From Candidatus Sumerlaeota bacterium (GTDB taxonomy: Bacteria > Sumerlaeota > Sumerlaeia > SLMS01): a DNA stretch of 61,247 nt. Of this stretch, positions 1 to 8,294 are shown piece after piece (position 1 is the first letter of the stretch; each line of letters begins with the position of its first letter). The notes under the pieces are model-generated. The model worked only from the letters and a program-made list of their open reading frames with translations. It was not told the DNA's origin and ran no database searches. Both the position numbers and the translations under genes were made by a program. The stretch covers positions 1 through 61,247 of the forward strand of contig SLMS01000002.1 in the NCBI GenBank assembly GCA_007133495.1, given 5' to 3'.

Positions 1-1413
1 CTGGCGCGGGAGGGGCACATGCCTTCCCGCTTCGCCATCGTGGGGTACGCGCGCCGGCCGAAGAGCGGCGAAGAGTTCCGCAACGATCTATACGAGGGCC
101 TGGTGGAGCACAGCCGCGCCACGCCCGAGGGCCGCGAGCAGGCGGATTCGTTCCTCCGCCGGATCGAGTACCACCAGGGGCAGCTCGACAATCCGGAGGA
201 TTTCACCGCGCTGCGCGAAAGGATCGAACGGCTTGAGGAGGAGGAGAACCTCCCGGGCAACCGGCTGTTCTATTTTGCCATCGCGCCGGAGTTTTTCGAG
301 CAAGTGGCCAATTCGCTCGACGATGCGGGGCTGGCCCGGCCCAAGGAGCGCGACCGCACGTGGACGCGCGTGGTGGTGGAAAAGCCCTTCGGGACGGACC
401 TGGCCAGTGCGCGGGAGCTGAACCGCAAGCTCCAGTCGGTCTTCCGGGAGGACCAACTCTACCGTATAGATCACTATCTGGGCAAGGAGACGGTGCAGAA
501 CCTCCTCGCCTTCCGTTTTGCCAATTCTATTTTCGAGCCGCTCTGGTCGTCGCGCTATATAGACCATGTGCAGATCACGATGGCGGAGGACGTCGGCATG
601 CCGGGCCGGCGGGGGCAGTACTTCGACCTGGCCGGTATTACGCGGGACGTGGTGCAGAATCACGTGCTCCAGATTCTGTGCCTGACGGCGATGGAGCCGC
701 CGGCGGCGCTCGATGCGGATTCGCTGCGGGACGAGAAGGTGCGGGTGCTGCGGGCGATCCCGAATTTCACGCCTGAGGGCGTCCGCCGCCACGTGGTCCG
801 CGCCCAGTACGGCCCCGGCTCCACCCGTGGCGGGGAGGTGCCGGGCTACCGCAGCGAGAACCAGATCAAGCCGGACTCCGTAACGGAGACCTACGTGGCG
901 ATGCGGCTGGAGGTGCGCAACTGGCGGTGGGCAGGGGTGCCGTTTCTGGTGCGTGCGGGCAAGCGGATGCCGAAGCGCGCCACGGAGGTGGCCGTCGTCT
1001 TCAAGCGCCCGCCACACGAGATTTTCGACGCGGCGCGGGAGCTCAACCGCCCCAACGCCCTTGCGCTGCGCATTCAGCCGGACGAGGGCATCTCGGTTAC
1101 CTTTGCGGCCAAACAGCCCGGCCTGGCGATGAACCTCCAGCCCGTGCAGATGGATTTCCGCTACGGGTCGAGCTTCGGCCAGCAGTCCCCGGAAGCCTAC
1201 GAGCGGTTGCTGCTGGACTGCATCGTGGGGGACGGGTCGCTCTTCACGCGCGCCGACGAGGTGGAGCAGGCTTGGCGGGTGTGCAGCTCCGTCCTGGAGG
1301 CTTGGGAGGAGCTGACGCCGCCGGATTTCCCGAACTACGAAGCGGGCACGTGGGGTCCTGCGGATGCGGACCGGCTCATGGAAGGGCTCATTTCCGGCTG
1401 GCGGCGGCTCTGA
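1..1413 (+). CDS. zwf: glucose-6-phosphate dehydrogenase, 5' end outside window
   Basis: The reading frame is open from nt 1 (LAREGH precedes the ATG at 19). G6PD hallmarks EKPFG and RIDHYLGKE are present, with a C-terminal domain. The N-terminal NADP-binding GxxGDLA motif is absent, so the true start lies upstream of the window. Confidence 0.9.
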   Translation: MAREGHMPSRFAIVGYARRPKSGEEFRNDLYEGLVEHSRATPEGREQADSFLRRIEYHQGQLDNPEDFTALRERIERLEEEENLPGNRLFYFAIAPEFFEQVANSLDDAGLARPKERDRTWTRVVVEKPFGTDLASARELNRKLQSVFREDQLYRIDHYLGKETVQNLLAFRFANSIFEPLWSSRYIDHVQITMAEDVGMPGRRGQYFDLAGITRDVVQNHVLQILCLTAMEPPAALDADSLRDEKVRVLRAIPNFTPEGVRRHVVRAQYGPGSTRGGEVPGYRSENQIKPDSVTETYVAMRLEVRNWRWAGVPFLVRAGKRMPKRATEVAVVFKRPPHEIFDAARELNRPNALALRIQPDEGISVTFAAKQPGLAMNLQPVQMDFRYGSSFGQQSPEAYERLLLDCIVGDGSLFTRADEVEQAWRVCSSVLEAWEELTPPDFPNYEAGTWGPADADRLMEGLISGWRRL

Positions 1414-1416
1414 GGG

Positions 1417-2802
1417 TCAGTTCGCCCTTTCCATCTCAGCGAAGAGCGCATCGGCCGGGATATCGAAGGAGAACTCCGCGAGCGTTTCGCCCTGCGGGTC
1501 GAGGATCGCCAAGTGCGGGATGCGGTGGGCGCCGAAGCGGTAGGCGAGCAGGGGTCCGCGGGTGACGTCCTCGAAGACGCAGACGAAGTGCTGGGCGCGG
1601 CGATTGAACTCGTCGGTGAGGAGCACGTTGCGTTCGAACTTCTCGCACCGGTCGTAGTCCGGCCGGCGGAAATAGACGATCATGGGTTTGTTTTCCTCGC
1701 GGGCCATCTGAACCACCTGGGTGTATTCGCGGTGCCAGGTGGGGCGGGGTGCCCGTTCGCCCGGAGCAGGTTCGGAGGTGGTAGTGTCCGTGGCGGGGCG
1801 TGGTGTTGCGCGGGCGATTTGTGGTTGGTCCTGCGGGAGGGGCCGGCGGAGGACGTGGATTTTCCGGTCGAGAATGTCCGAGACGAAGAGCATCGTCCCG
1901 TCGAAGGAGATCACGTTGTCGCAGAGATGTGCGTTGGCATCCGCTGTGGAGATGACCGTGCGGGTCATGCGGCCGGAGCCTTCAATTTCCAGCAGGGCGT
2001 TCCCCCGCACCGGGGTGATGAGGACGGTGCGGCGGAAGGGGTCCACGGAGATGCCTTCGCCTGCGCGGGGCTCTGTGCGGGACTGGGTGATGGGGCGGAA
2101 GAGGTAGTTGGAGGCGTTCCAGGGCGCGGCCCGTCCCCAGGTGACGACGCCGCCCTGTGCCACGCCGAACACGCGCATCGAGCGTGGGTCGATGGCGATG
2201 TCCCGCACATAGATTGGGCGGCTGGGGCGGACGGTGGCTCCGATGGGCTGGCCGGTCCCGGCGTCGTATATCAGCAACTGGCCCCAGTCCACGGTTACGA
2301 GCAGGAAACGGCCGAGCACCTCCAGCCCCATGCAGCGCCGGCCGGGGCGGAGGACGCCGTTGTTGGCGAAGGCGCGGTCGGGCGCGCCCTCGGCGGTGAA
2401 CTTGCGGACGAAGCTCGTGGAGGGGTCTCCCGTGTCGCCGGAGACGAAGTAGTTCCCGTCCGCGTCGCTCGCGATGCCGCCGTAACCGCGCTGCGGTTCA
2501 AAGGCGTGGCGGGAAAGCTCCACGACCTGGGGGTTGGAGGAGGTGGGGTTGCGTATAAGCAGGGCTGGGAGTTCGACTGGCGGATCGCCGGGGTTGCCGC
2601 TGTTGAAGGTTGCTGCCAGCAGGTCGCCGTCTGGAGTGGCGGCGAGGAAGCTGTAGGCGAAGGGGGGCACGGCGAGTGTGCCGTCCGGGCGCCACTGTGT
2701 TTCGTCCTGGGCGTGGGCCGGATGGGTGAGCAGCAGCAGGGCCGCAATGAGGACCAGCAGGCGAAGGGTGGTTCCGCCTTGAAGTGCTGGAATGCCGTTC
2801 AT
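1417..2802 (-). CDS. secreted protein: putative beta-propeller plus C-terminal thioredoxin-fold (DUF255/Thioredoxin_7-like) domain
   Basis: ORF 1417..2907. The likely start is MNGIPALQ at 2802, followed by a signal peptide (LLVLIAALLLLTHPAHA). The middle is repetitive and beta-rich. The C-terminus (KPMIVYFRRPDYDRCEKFERNVL...IPHLAILD) looks thioredoxin-fold but lacks a CxxC. Confidence 0.6.
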   Translation of the reverse strand: MNGIPALQGGTTLRLLVLIAALLLLTHPAHAQDETQWRPDGTLAVPPFAYSFLAATPDGDLLAATFNSGNPGDPPVELPALLIRNPTSSNPQVVELSRHAFEPQRGYGGIASDADGNYFVSGDTGDPSTSFVRKFTAEGAPDRAFANNGVLRPGRRCMGLEVLGRFLLVTVDWGQLLIYDAGTGQPIGATVRPSRPIYVRDIAIDPRSMRVFGVAQGGVVTWGRAAPWNASNYLFRPITQSRTEPRAGEGISVDPFRRTVLITPVRGNALLEIEGSGRMTRTVISTADANAHLCDNVISFDGTMLFVSDILDRKIHVLRRPLPQDQPQIARATPRPATDTTTSEPAPGERAPRPTWHREYTQVVQMAREENKPMIVYFRRPDYDRCEKFERNVLLTDEFNRRAQHFVCVFEDVTRGPLLAYRFGAHRIPHLAILDPQGETLAEFSFDIPADALFAEMERAN

Positions 2803-3398
2803 CGGTTTTCTCCGGGCGAAGGGGCCAAGGGACACCTCTCCCGCGGTCCGGTGCTTTCCGAATTCTCCCGGTTTGCTGCGGGAATGGCATCCAATGATGG
2901 GGAGCATATTCCGGGCTCGCAGGAGGGGCCGTCAACGCAAAGGCCCGTTGCCGGGCGAGCGCAGGTGTATCCTGGAATTGTTACCCACTTGGCAGCATCG
3001 AAGGCGTTCGCCAGAACGGCGCCGCTCATGGAGGGCGAAGGCTTGCCTTCGCCCTCGGGGCGGGAGCTTGCTGCCGCTCCATGCCTGTTGGCCAGCCGGA
3101 GAGCGCACGCGGGCAAGCCCGCTGCGCAAAGGCGGCGGCAAGCCGCGCGCACTCCAAGGGTACGTGGCACTCCCGGCGGAAAGGCCCGGTAACAACGCTG
3201 AGATGCGCCGGGCGAGCGCGGGTGCGGGGTGGCAGCGGGTAAATAGTTCACAACATCGCCGGGCTGCCGATGCTCTCATGCAGCCGTTGGTGGCGGAGGC
3301 CGCTCTCTCCGTTGTCCATCCCAGAGTGGTCCTCTTCGGGAAGGCGTTCCCCCAGCCTCCGCCTCCAACCCCATTTTCGACGCAAGGAGCCTCCTTGG

Positions 3399-3971
3399 AT
3401 GACTTACCCCGCAGCCAATGCCAATGCGACCCGCCCCCTTCAGGCAGGTGGCACCCTGCCGGAGGAGGTTACCGTTCGTACCGTGGATGGGGAGGAGCTT
3501 GACCTGCGCCAGGTGGTGCTGGGGAGGCCGGTTGTGCTTGTCTTCTACCGCGGCGGGTGGTGCCCGTATTGCAACACGCACCTAAAGGAATTGGCCGGCA
3601 TTCGCCACCAGTTGGCCGAACTGGGTGTCGGCCTTGTCGCCCTCTCGCCGGACACTCCCGGGAAGCTTGCGGAGGCGCTCGAGGGGGAGCAGGCGCTGTC
3701 GTACAAGCTGCTTTCCGACAGCGGGCACAAGGCGATGACGGCGTTCGGCGTGGCCTTTACGGTCGATCCCGCCACCGACAAACAGTTGCGGGACTTCGGG
3801 GTCGATCTGGCCGATTGGTCGGGCCGCAGCGAACGGGTCCTCCCGGTTCCGTCGGTGTTTGTCGTGGACCAGAGCGGAACGATCCGTTTTGCGCATGCGG
3901 AGCCGGACTACACCACCCGTCTGAGCGGGGAGGACCTGCTGCAGGCGGCCAGAGATACGGTCACGGCGTAG
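3399..3971 (+). CDS. peroxiredoxin-like / AhpC-TSA (redoxin) family protein
   Basis: The motif VVLVFYRGGWCPYCNTHLKEL is typical of thiol peroxidase/redoxin-fold proteins. The start is placed at MTYPAANA (3399), preceded by aaggag. The listed ORF begins at 3270, but its N-terminal 43 aa look like non-coding read-through. Confidence 0.75.
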   Translation: MTYPAANANATRPLQAGGTLPEEVTVRTVDGEELDLRQVVLGRPVVLVFYRGGWCPYCNTHLKELAGIRHQLAELGVGLVALSPDTPGKLAEALEGEQALSYKLLSDSGHKAMTAFGVAFTVDPATDKQLRDFGVDLADWSGRSERVLPVPSVFVVDQSGTIRFAHAEPDYTTRLSGEDLLQAARDTVTA

Positions 3972-3999
3972 GTTTTCCCCGCGCCGCACAGGGTCTGGG

Positions 4000-4074
4000 G
4001 TCACCATCGCTCTTCCCCCCGTGTCTGCCTGGTTGAACTCCTCCCGCGCCCCAGGCAGACGCTGCGATGGTGAC
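4000..4074 (+). terminator. long imperfect hairpin downstream of the peroxiredoxin-like gene
   Basis: gtcaccatcgc (4000-4010) pairs with gcgatggtgac (4064-4074). An inner pair gtctgcctgg/ccaggcagac is also present. The structure is followed by tcctttgcttgc. Confidence 0.45.
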
Positions 4075-4151
4075 TCCTTTGCTTGCCTCCTCACTTGTGA
4101 TTCGTTCACTTCCTACTATTGGAGCGGGATCACGAGGGAGGAGGAAAGGCC

Positions 4152-6551
4152 ATGATGGATATCCGCATTCTTTCATCGAAGCCCTTTCTGGGGCTGGTGC
4201 TTCTCGTTTTTCTTGTGCAGGGGCTCGCCGCGCAGGTGGCGCCGGGGACCCTGAGCCAGATGGTTGGCCAGTGGGAGGAGTGGGTCAGCGCTGCGCCGGA
4301 CGAGCGCCCGCCCGCGGAGGAGGCGCTGCAGGCGGCCGAGGACCTGCTTGCCGCGGCCGACGCCCTGGTGCGGCAGGACCAACCGGACCGGGCGCTGGGA
4401 GTCCTCGAGGTTCTGTCCTCCGATGCCTCGGTTGATTTCCTGAACGAGCGTGCCCCCCCGGGGGTCGATGAGTTCATGGACGAGCTGCGGCTGGCCAACG
4501 GCCGGGCCTATTTCCGGCGGGGGGAACAGGCCATCCTGCGCGGAGACCGCACTTCTGCTGAGCGTGATTACCGCATTGCCGGTGAGCAGTATTTCCAGCC
4601 CGGTGAGAACGGCTACGCGCGCGCCTGGTCGCAGATGGGTGTTCTGTACCATGACCGCGGCATGGAGCACCTCGCCGCGGGGCGGGAAGTCGATGGCGTT
4701 GCCAACCTCAATGCCTCGGCTGGTATTTATCTGAATATCATCGAGAATCCGCCGCCGGATGCGTCGCTTGTGCGCACGGCGGAGCGGAATATCGAGCGGC
4801 TCATCGGCCTTGGCGTTCCGCTCGATGTCCCCGGCCTCCCCGACCCCGAGCCCGAGCCCGAACCCGACAGGGAGCCGAATTTCATCGAGCGGATCATCGG
4901 CGAGGACGCCTGGTCGGATATCGTGGACTTCGGCGAAAGCCTGCTGGAGGACCGCGGGCTCCACGAGGCGCTGATATTCTGGGGCGTCGTTATTGCCGCC
5001 TTCGTGGCTGTTTACTGGGTGATTCCGCGCTGGGTGCTGCTGCGGGCCGGCCGGGGAGGGAGCATCGCGGCGACGACGTGGATACCGTGGGTGAGGCTGC
5101 TGGGGACGTTTGCGCTCATTGGCTGGATTGGCAATGTCGTGTGGAACCAGGTGCGCTACCGGCAGCGTAAAGCAAAGGCGCCCCTGCGGCCGCGATGCGT
5201 GAAGTGCCGGGCGGCGCTGGACGAGCCGTTCGCGTATGAAGATTTCGTTTTCTCCCGCTGTCCCGCGTGCAAGGCCCCGGTCACCCCTGTCTATACAACG
5301 GAGAAGGTCATCAGGATGCTGTCGGACGGGCTCGCCAGCGAGGCCGAGGGAGTCGGGGAGGACACGCACGCGTTGCAGCGGCACGTCCGCAACGATGCCG
5401 TGCAGCGCCTGACGCAGGCGTTGATTACGCTGGCCGTCCGCCGGCGTGCCTCCGACCTGCACGTCGAGCCGGTGGAGGACTGCCTGCTGATCCGCCAGCG
5501 TATAGACGGCATCATGACGGAAATGTTCCGCCTGCCACGCTCGCTGGCCATCACGATCGTTTCATCGCTCAAGGTGAAGGCGGACATGAACATCGCCGAA
5601 AAACGCGTCCCCCAGGACGGGAAGTTTCAGGTCAGGATAGACAATACGGACATTGACGTGCGCGCGGCCTCCTCGCCCGTGGGCACGGGGGAGAAGATAT
5701 CGCTCCGTTTGCTCGATATCCGGTCCATACGGCTGGACGTGGAGCAATTGGGCATGTCGAAAGAGGGGCAGGAAGTCTTCCGCCGCTCCATCCAGGAGCC
5801 CCATGGCCTGATTCTGGTCACCGGCCCCACCGGTTCGGGAAAAACGACGACGATCTACGTCGCGCTGCAATCCATCTCCAGCGGAGAGAAAAACATCATC
5901 TCCATCGAGGACCCGGTGGAGTTCCGCATTCCCGGAGTTAACCAGATTCAGGTGAACCCCACTGCCGGGCTGACTTTTGCTTCGGGTCTGCGGTCGATCC
6001 TGCGTCAGGACCCGGACGTGCTGCTGGTGGGGGAAATCCGCGACCAGGAGACGGCGGAAATCTCCGTTAACGCCGCAACGACAGGGCACCTTGTCTTTAC
6101 GACCCTGCACACCATCGACGCGGCCTCTTCCGTGGCGCGGCTGATCGATCTTGGTGTGGGGGCGCGGCAGTTCGCCGACGCGCTTGCCCTTGTCGTGGCG
6201 CAGCGCCTCATCCGGCTTGTGTGCGAGCAGTGCAAGGAGCCCTACGTTCCGCCGGACTCGGTCCTTGCGGAGATCGGCCTGCTTCAGGACGACGTCGAAG
6301 GGGCCACCTTCCAGCGCGGGCGGGGGTGCAAACTCTGCAACAAGACGGGTTATCATCGCCGCACCGGCGTGTTCGAAATCCTTGACCCGAGCGAGCGGCT
6401 TCGGGACGCGATTGAAAACGAGAACCTGACCACGGCGGCTATACGCGACCTCGCCATCCGCGGTGGAATGAAGACCCTCCGCCAGGAAGCGATCCGCTAT
6501 CTCCTGGAAGGACGCACGACGGCCGAAGAAACGCTCCGGGTGACACGGTGA
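4152..6551 (+). CDS. GspE/PilB-family secretion/pilus ATPase with atypical N-terminal extension
   Basis: The C-terminal ~410 aa show an N2-like domain (ASDLHVEP...RIDG...PQDGKF), Walker A GPTGSGKTTT, a His-box TGHLVFTTLHT, and the tetracysteine CEQC...CKLC. The start is chosen at ATG 4152, behind ggaggagg. The N-terminal 388 aa carry hydrophobic segments and a CxxC-x17-CxxC ribbon. Confidence 0.85.
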   Translation: MMDIRILSSKPFLGLVLLVFLVQGLAAQVAPGTLSQMVGQWEEWVSAAPDERPPAEEALQAAEDLLAAADALVRQDQPDRALGVLEVLSSDASVDFLNERAPPGVDEFMDELRLANGRAYFRRGEQAILRGDRTSAERDYRIAGEQYFQPGENGYARAWSQMGVLYHDRGMEHLAAGREVDGVANLNASAGIYLNIIENPPPDASLVRTAERNIERLIGLGVPLDVPGLPDPEPEPEPDREPNFIERIIGEDAWSDIVDFGESLLEDRGLHEALIFWGVVIAAFVAVYWVIPRWVLLRAGRGGSIAATTWIPWVRLLGTFALIGWIGNVVWNQVRYRQRKAKAPLRPRCVKCRAALDEPFAYEDFVFSRCPACKAPVTPVYTTEKVIRMLSDGLASEAEGVGEDTHALQRHVRNDAVQRLTQALITLAVRRRASDLHVEPVEDCLLIRQRIDGIMTEMFRLPRSLAITIVSSLKVKADMNIAEKRVPQDGKFQVRIDNTDIDVRAASSPVGTGEKISLRLLDIRSIRLDVEQLGMSKEGQEVFRRSIQEPHGLILVTGPTGSGKTTTIYVALQSISSGEKNIISIEDPVEFRIPGVNQIQVNPTAGLTFASGLRSILRQDPDVLLVGEIRDQETAEISVNAATTGHLVFTTLHTIDAASSVARLIDLGVGARQFADALALVVAQRLIRLVCEQCKEPYVPPDSVLAEIGLLQDDVEGATFQRGRGCKLCNKTGYHRRTGVFEILDPSERLRDAIENENLTTAAIRDLAIRGGMKTLRQEAIRYLLEGRTTAEETLRVTR

Positions 6552-6574
6552 AGCCGGCAGGGATGGCGGGTGGG

Positions 6575-7549
6575 TTATCGTTCCGGTAAATCCTTGTTCC
6601 CGCCGGCCGGCTCCGGCGGTGGCGGAGTTGCTTTCTGCCGGGCCACGTTCACCAGATAGACGCCGCTCAGGATCACGGCGCCGCCGGCGAACATGATCGG
6701 TGTGAGCCGCTCCCCCAGTATCAGCACGCCGAGCGTCACTGCGGTCACGTTGTTGATATACCCCGTTGTTGCCACGCGGTGGGCGGGCAAGTGCGTCAGG
6801 CAATAGATATAGCTTACGTACCCGAGCCAGGACCCCACGACGATGAGGTAAACGATCGCGAGCAATGAGGTCCGCGATGGCACCCAGTCTCCGCCGGTCT
6901 CGCCCACCAGAAACGCCAGCACTCCCGCCATGCCGCCTGCCACGGCGCTCTGGCCGGCCGCGCTCATCAGGTTGTGGCACTTTGCCGGATAACGGCTTGC
7001 TACGAAACTCCCTGCCGCCCAGCACATCGGCGAGAAGATCAACACCACGAACGCCCACCAGAAGCGTTCGTGCACCGGCTCTGCCTGACCGACCAGCAGG
7101 TTGCGCAATTCGGGTGACACCAGCAGTAGGACGCCGCAAAACCCCACGGTCATTCCCACCCAGGCGAGCGGAGGGACGCGCGATCCGGCAAGCGCCGAAA
7201 ATATAACAAACAAGAATGGGCCTGTATTTACCATCAGCGCCGCGAAGGCAGAGTCCACATACTGCTCCGCCCACCCCAGCAGTGCATTGCCCAGCGAGAG
7301 CAGCAGAAAACCCGCCGCCGCCATCCGCACCCAGTCCCGCCGCGAGGGGAATTCCACCCCCACAAGGCGCAGCACACCCATCAGCACCAGCCCGGCGATG
7401 CTGAAACGTATACAGGCCATTGTAAACGGCGGGATCGTCTCCACGGCCAGCTTGATGCCGCCGTAGGTGGTTCCCCATGCGATGCTGACGGTAATGAACG
7501 CCAGGACTATCAGCAGGCGTGAGGCTGGCCGCGGCTCGGGACCGTCCAC
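6575..7549 (-). CDS. EamA/DMT-family transporter
   Basis: About 10 hydrophobic helices in two EamA-like halves. This is the last gene of the rpoZ-GT operon, beginning 1 nt after the SDR stop. Confidence 0.8.
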   Translation of the reverse strand: MDGPEPRPASRLLIVLAFITVSIAWGTTYGGIKLAVETIPPFTMACIRFSIAGLVLMGVLRLVGVEFPSRRDWVRMAAAGFLLLSLGNALLGWAEQYVDSAFAALMVNTGPFLFVIFSALAGSRVPPLAWVGMTVGFCGVLLLVSPELRNLLVGQAEPVHERFWWAFVVLIFSPMCWAAGSFVASRYPAKCHNLMSAAGQSAVAGGMAGVLAFLVGETGGDWVPSRTSLLAIVYLIVVGSWLGYVSYIYCLTHLPAHRVATTGYINNVTAVTLGVLILGERLTPIMFAGGAVILSGVYLVNVARQKATPPPPEPAGGNKDLPER

Positions 7550-7550
7550 C

Positions 7551-8294
7551 TCAGTTCTGTTTGCCCGTCCGGAGTGGGCGGACTTCGTAATAATTCACGA
7601 GTGCATTGTCCGGCAGGGCGAGCACGTGCAGGCACGCCTCGGCAACGGTCTCCGGCTCGAGCATCCAGCTTTGATCATTGTGGTGCGCTGCGGGCAGTGC
7701 CTCCTTGTGGAAGCGGGTTTCGACCGAGCCCGGTGCGATCGTTGTCGCGCGGATGCCGTCTGTACGCAGCTCGTGCATCAGCACTTCGGTGAGCGAATGC
7801 AGTCCTGCCTTTGCCGGGCAGTAGCCCGAGCCGCGCTTGAACGCGACACGCCCTGCGACCGATCCGATGTTCAGAATCGATCCGCCACCGAGGCGCTTGA
7901 GGTGGGGGAGCGCCTCCTTCGTCATATACCACGGCCCCTTGAGGTTGATGTCTATCTGTCTATCGAAATCCTCAGGTGAGAGGAATTCCATATCGCGGAA
8001 GAGGCCCCATCCGGCGTTGTTCACGAGGATTGAGGGAGGCCCGGTGTGTTCGACGGCTGCGCGGGCGAATTGCTGTACGGACTCGTACCGCGTCACGTCG
8101 AGTTCGAAAACTTCGGCCTGTCCGCCGTTCGCACGGATCACTTCGGCCACCTGGCGGAGCGCCTCCACGCTACGTGCTCCGAGGCAGACTACCGCCCCTG
8201 CTCCTGCGAGCCGCTGCGCGATGGCCCTCCCGATGCCCCGGCTTGCGCCGCTAACCCAGGCAACCCTTCCCTCAAGGAAACGCCCTTCTGGCAT
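7551..8294 (-). CDS. short-chain dehydrogenase/reductase (SDR)
   Basis: VSGASRGIGRAIA is the Rossmann TGxxxGxG motif, NNAG is present, and YCPAK is the YxxxK catalytic motif. Confidence 0.9.
   Translation of the reverse strand: MPEGRFLEGRVAWVSGASRGIGRAIAQRLAGAGAVVCLGARSVEALRQVAEVIRANGGQAEVFELDVTRYESVQQFARAAVEHTGPPSILVNNAGWGLFRDMEFLSPEDFDRQIDINLKGPWYMTKEALPHLKRLGGGSILNIGSVAGRVAFKRGSGYCPAKAGLHSLTEVLMHELRTDGIRATTIAPGSVETRFHKEALPAAHHNDQSWMLEPETVAEACLHVLALPDNALVNYYEVRPLRTGKQN

Noticed and set aside
3170-3200. cggcggaaaggcccggtaac, which vaguely recalls the RNase P RNA GGAAAGTCCGGGC core.
   Set aside because: Only a short imperfect match. None of the other universally conserved RNase P blocks are present on either strand of the spacer.
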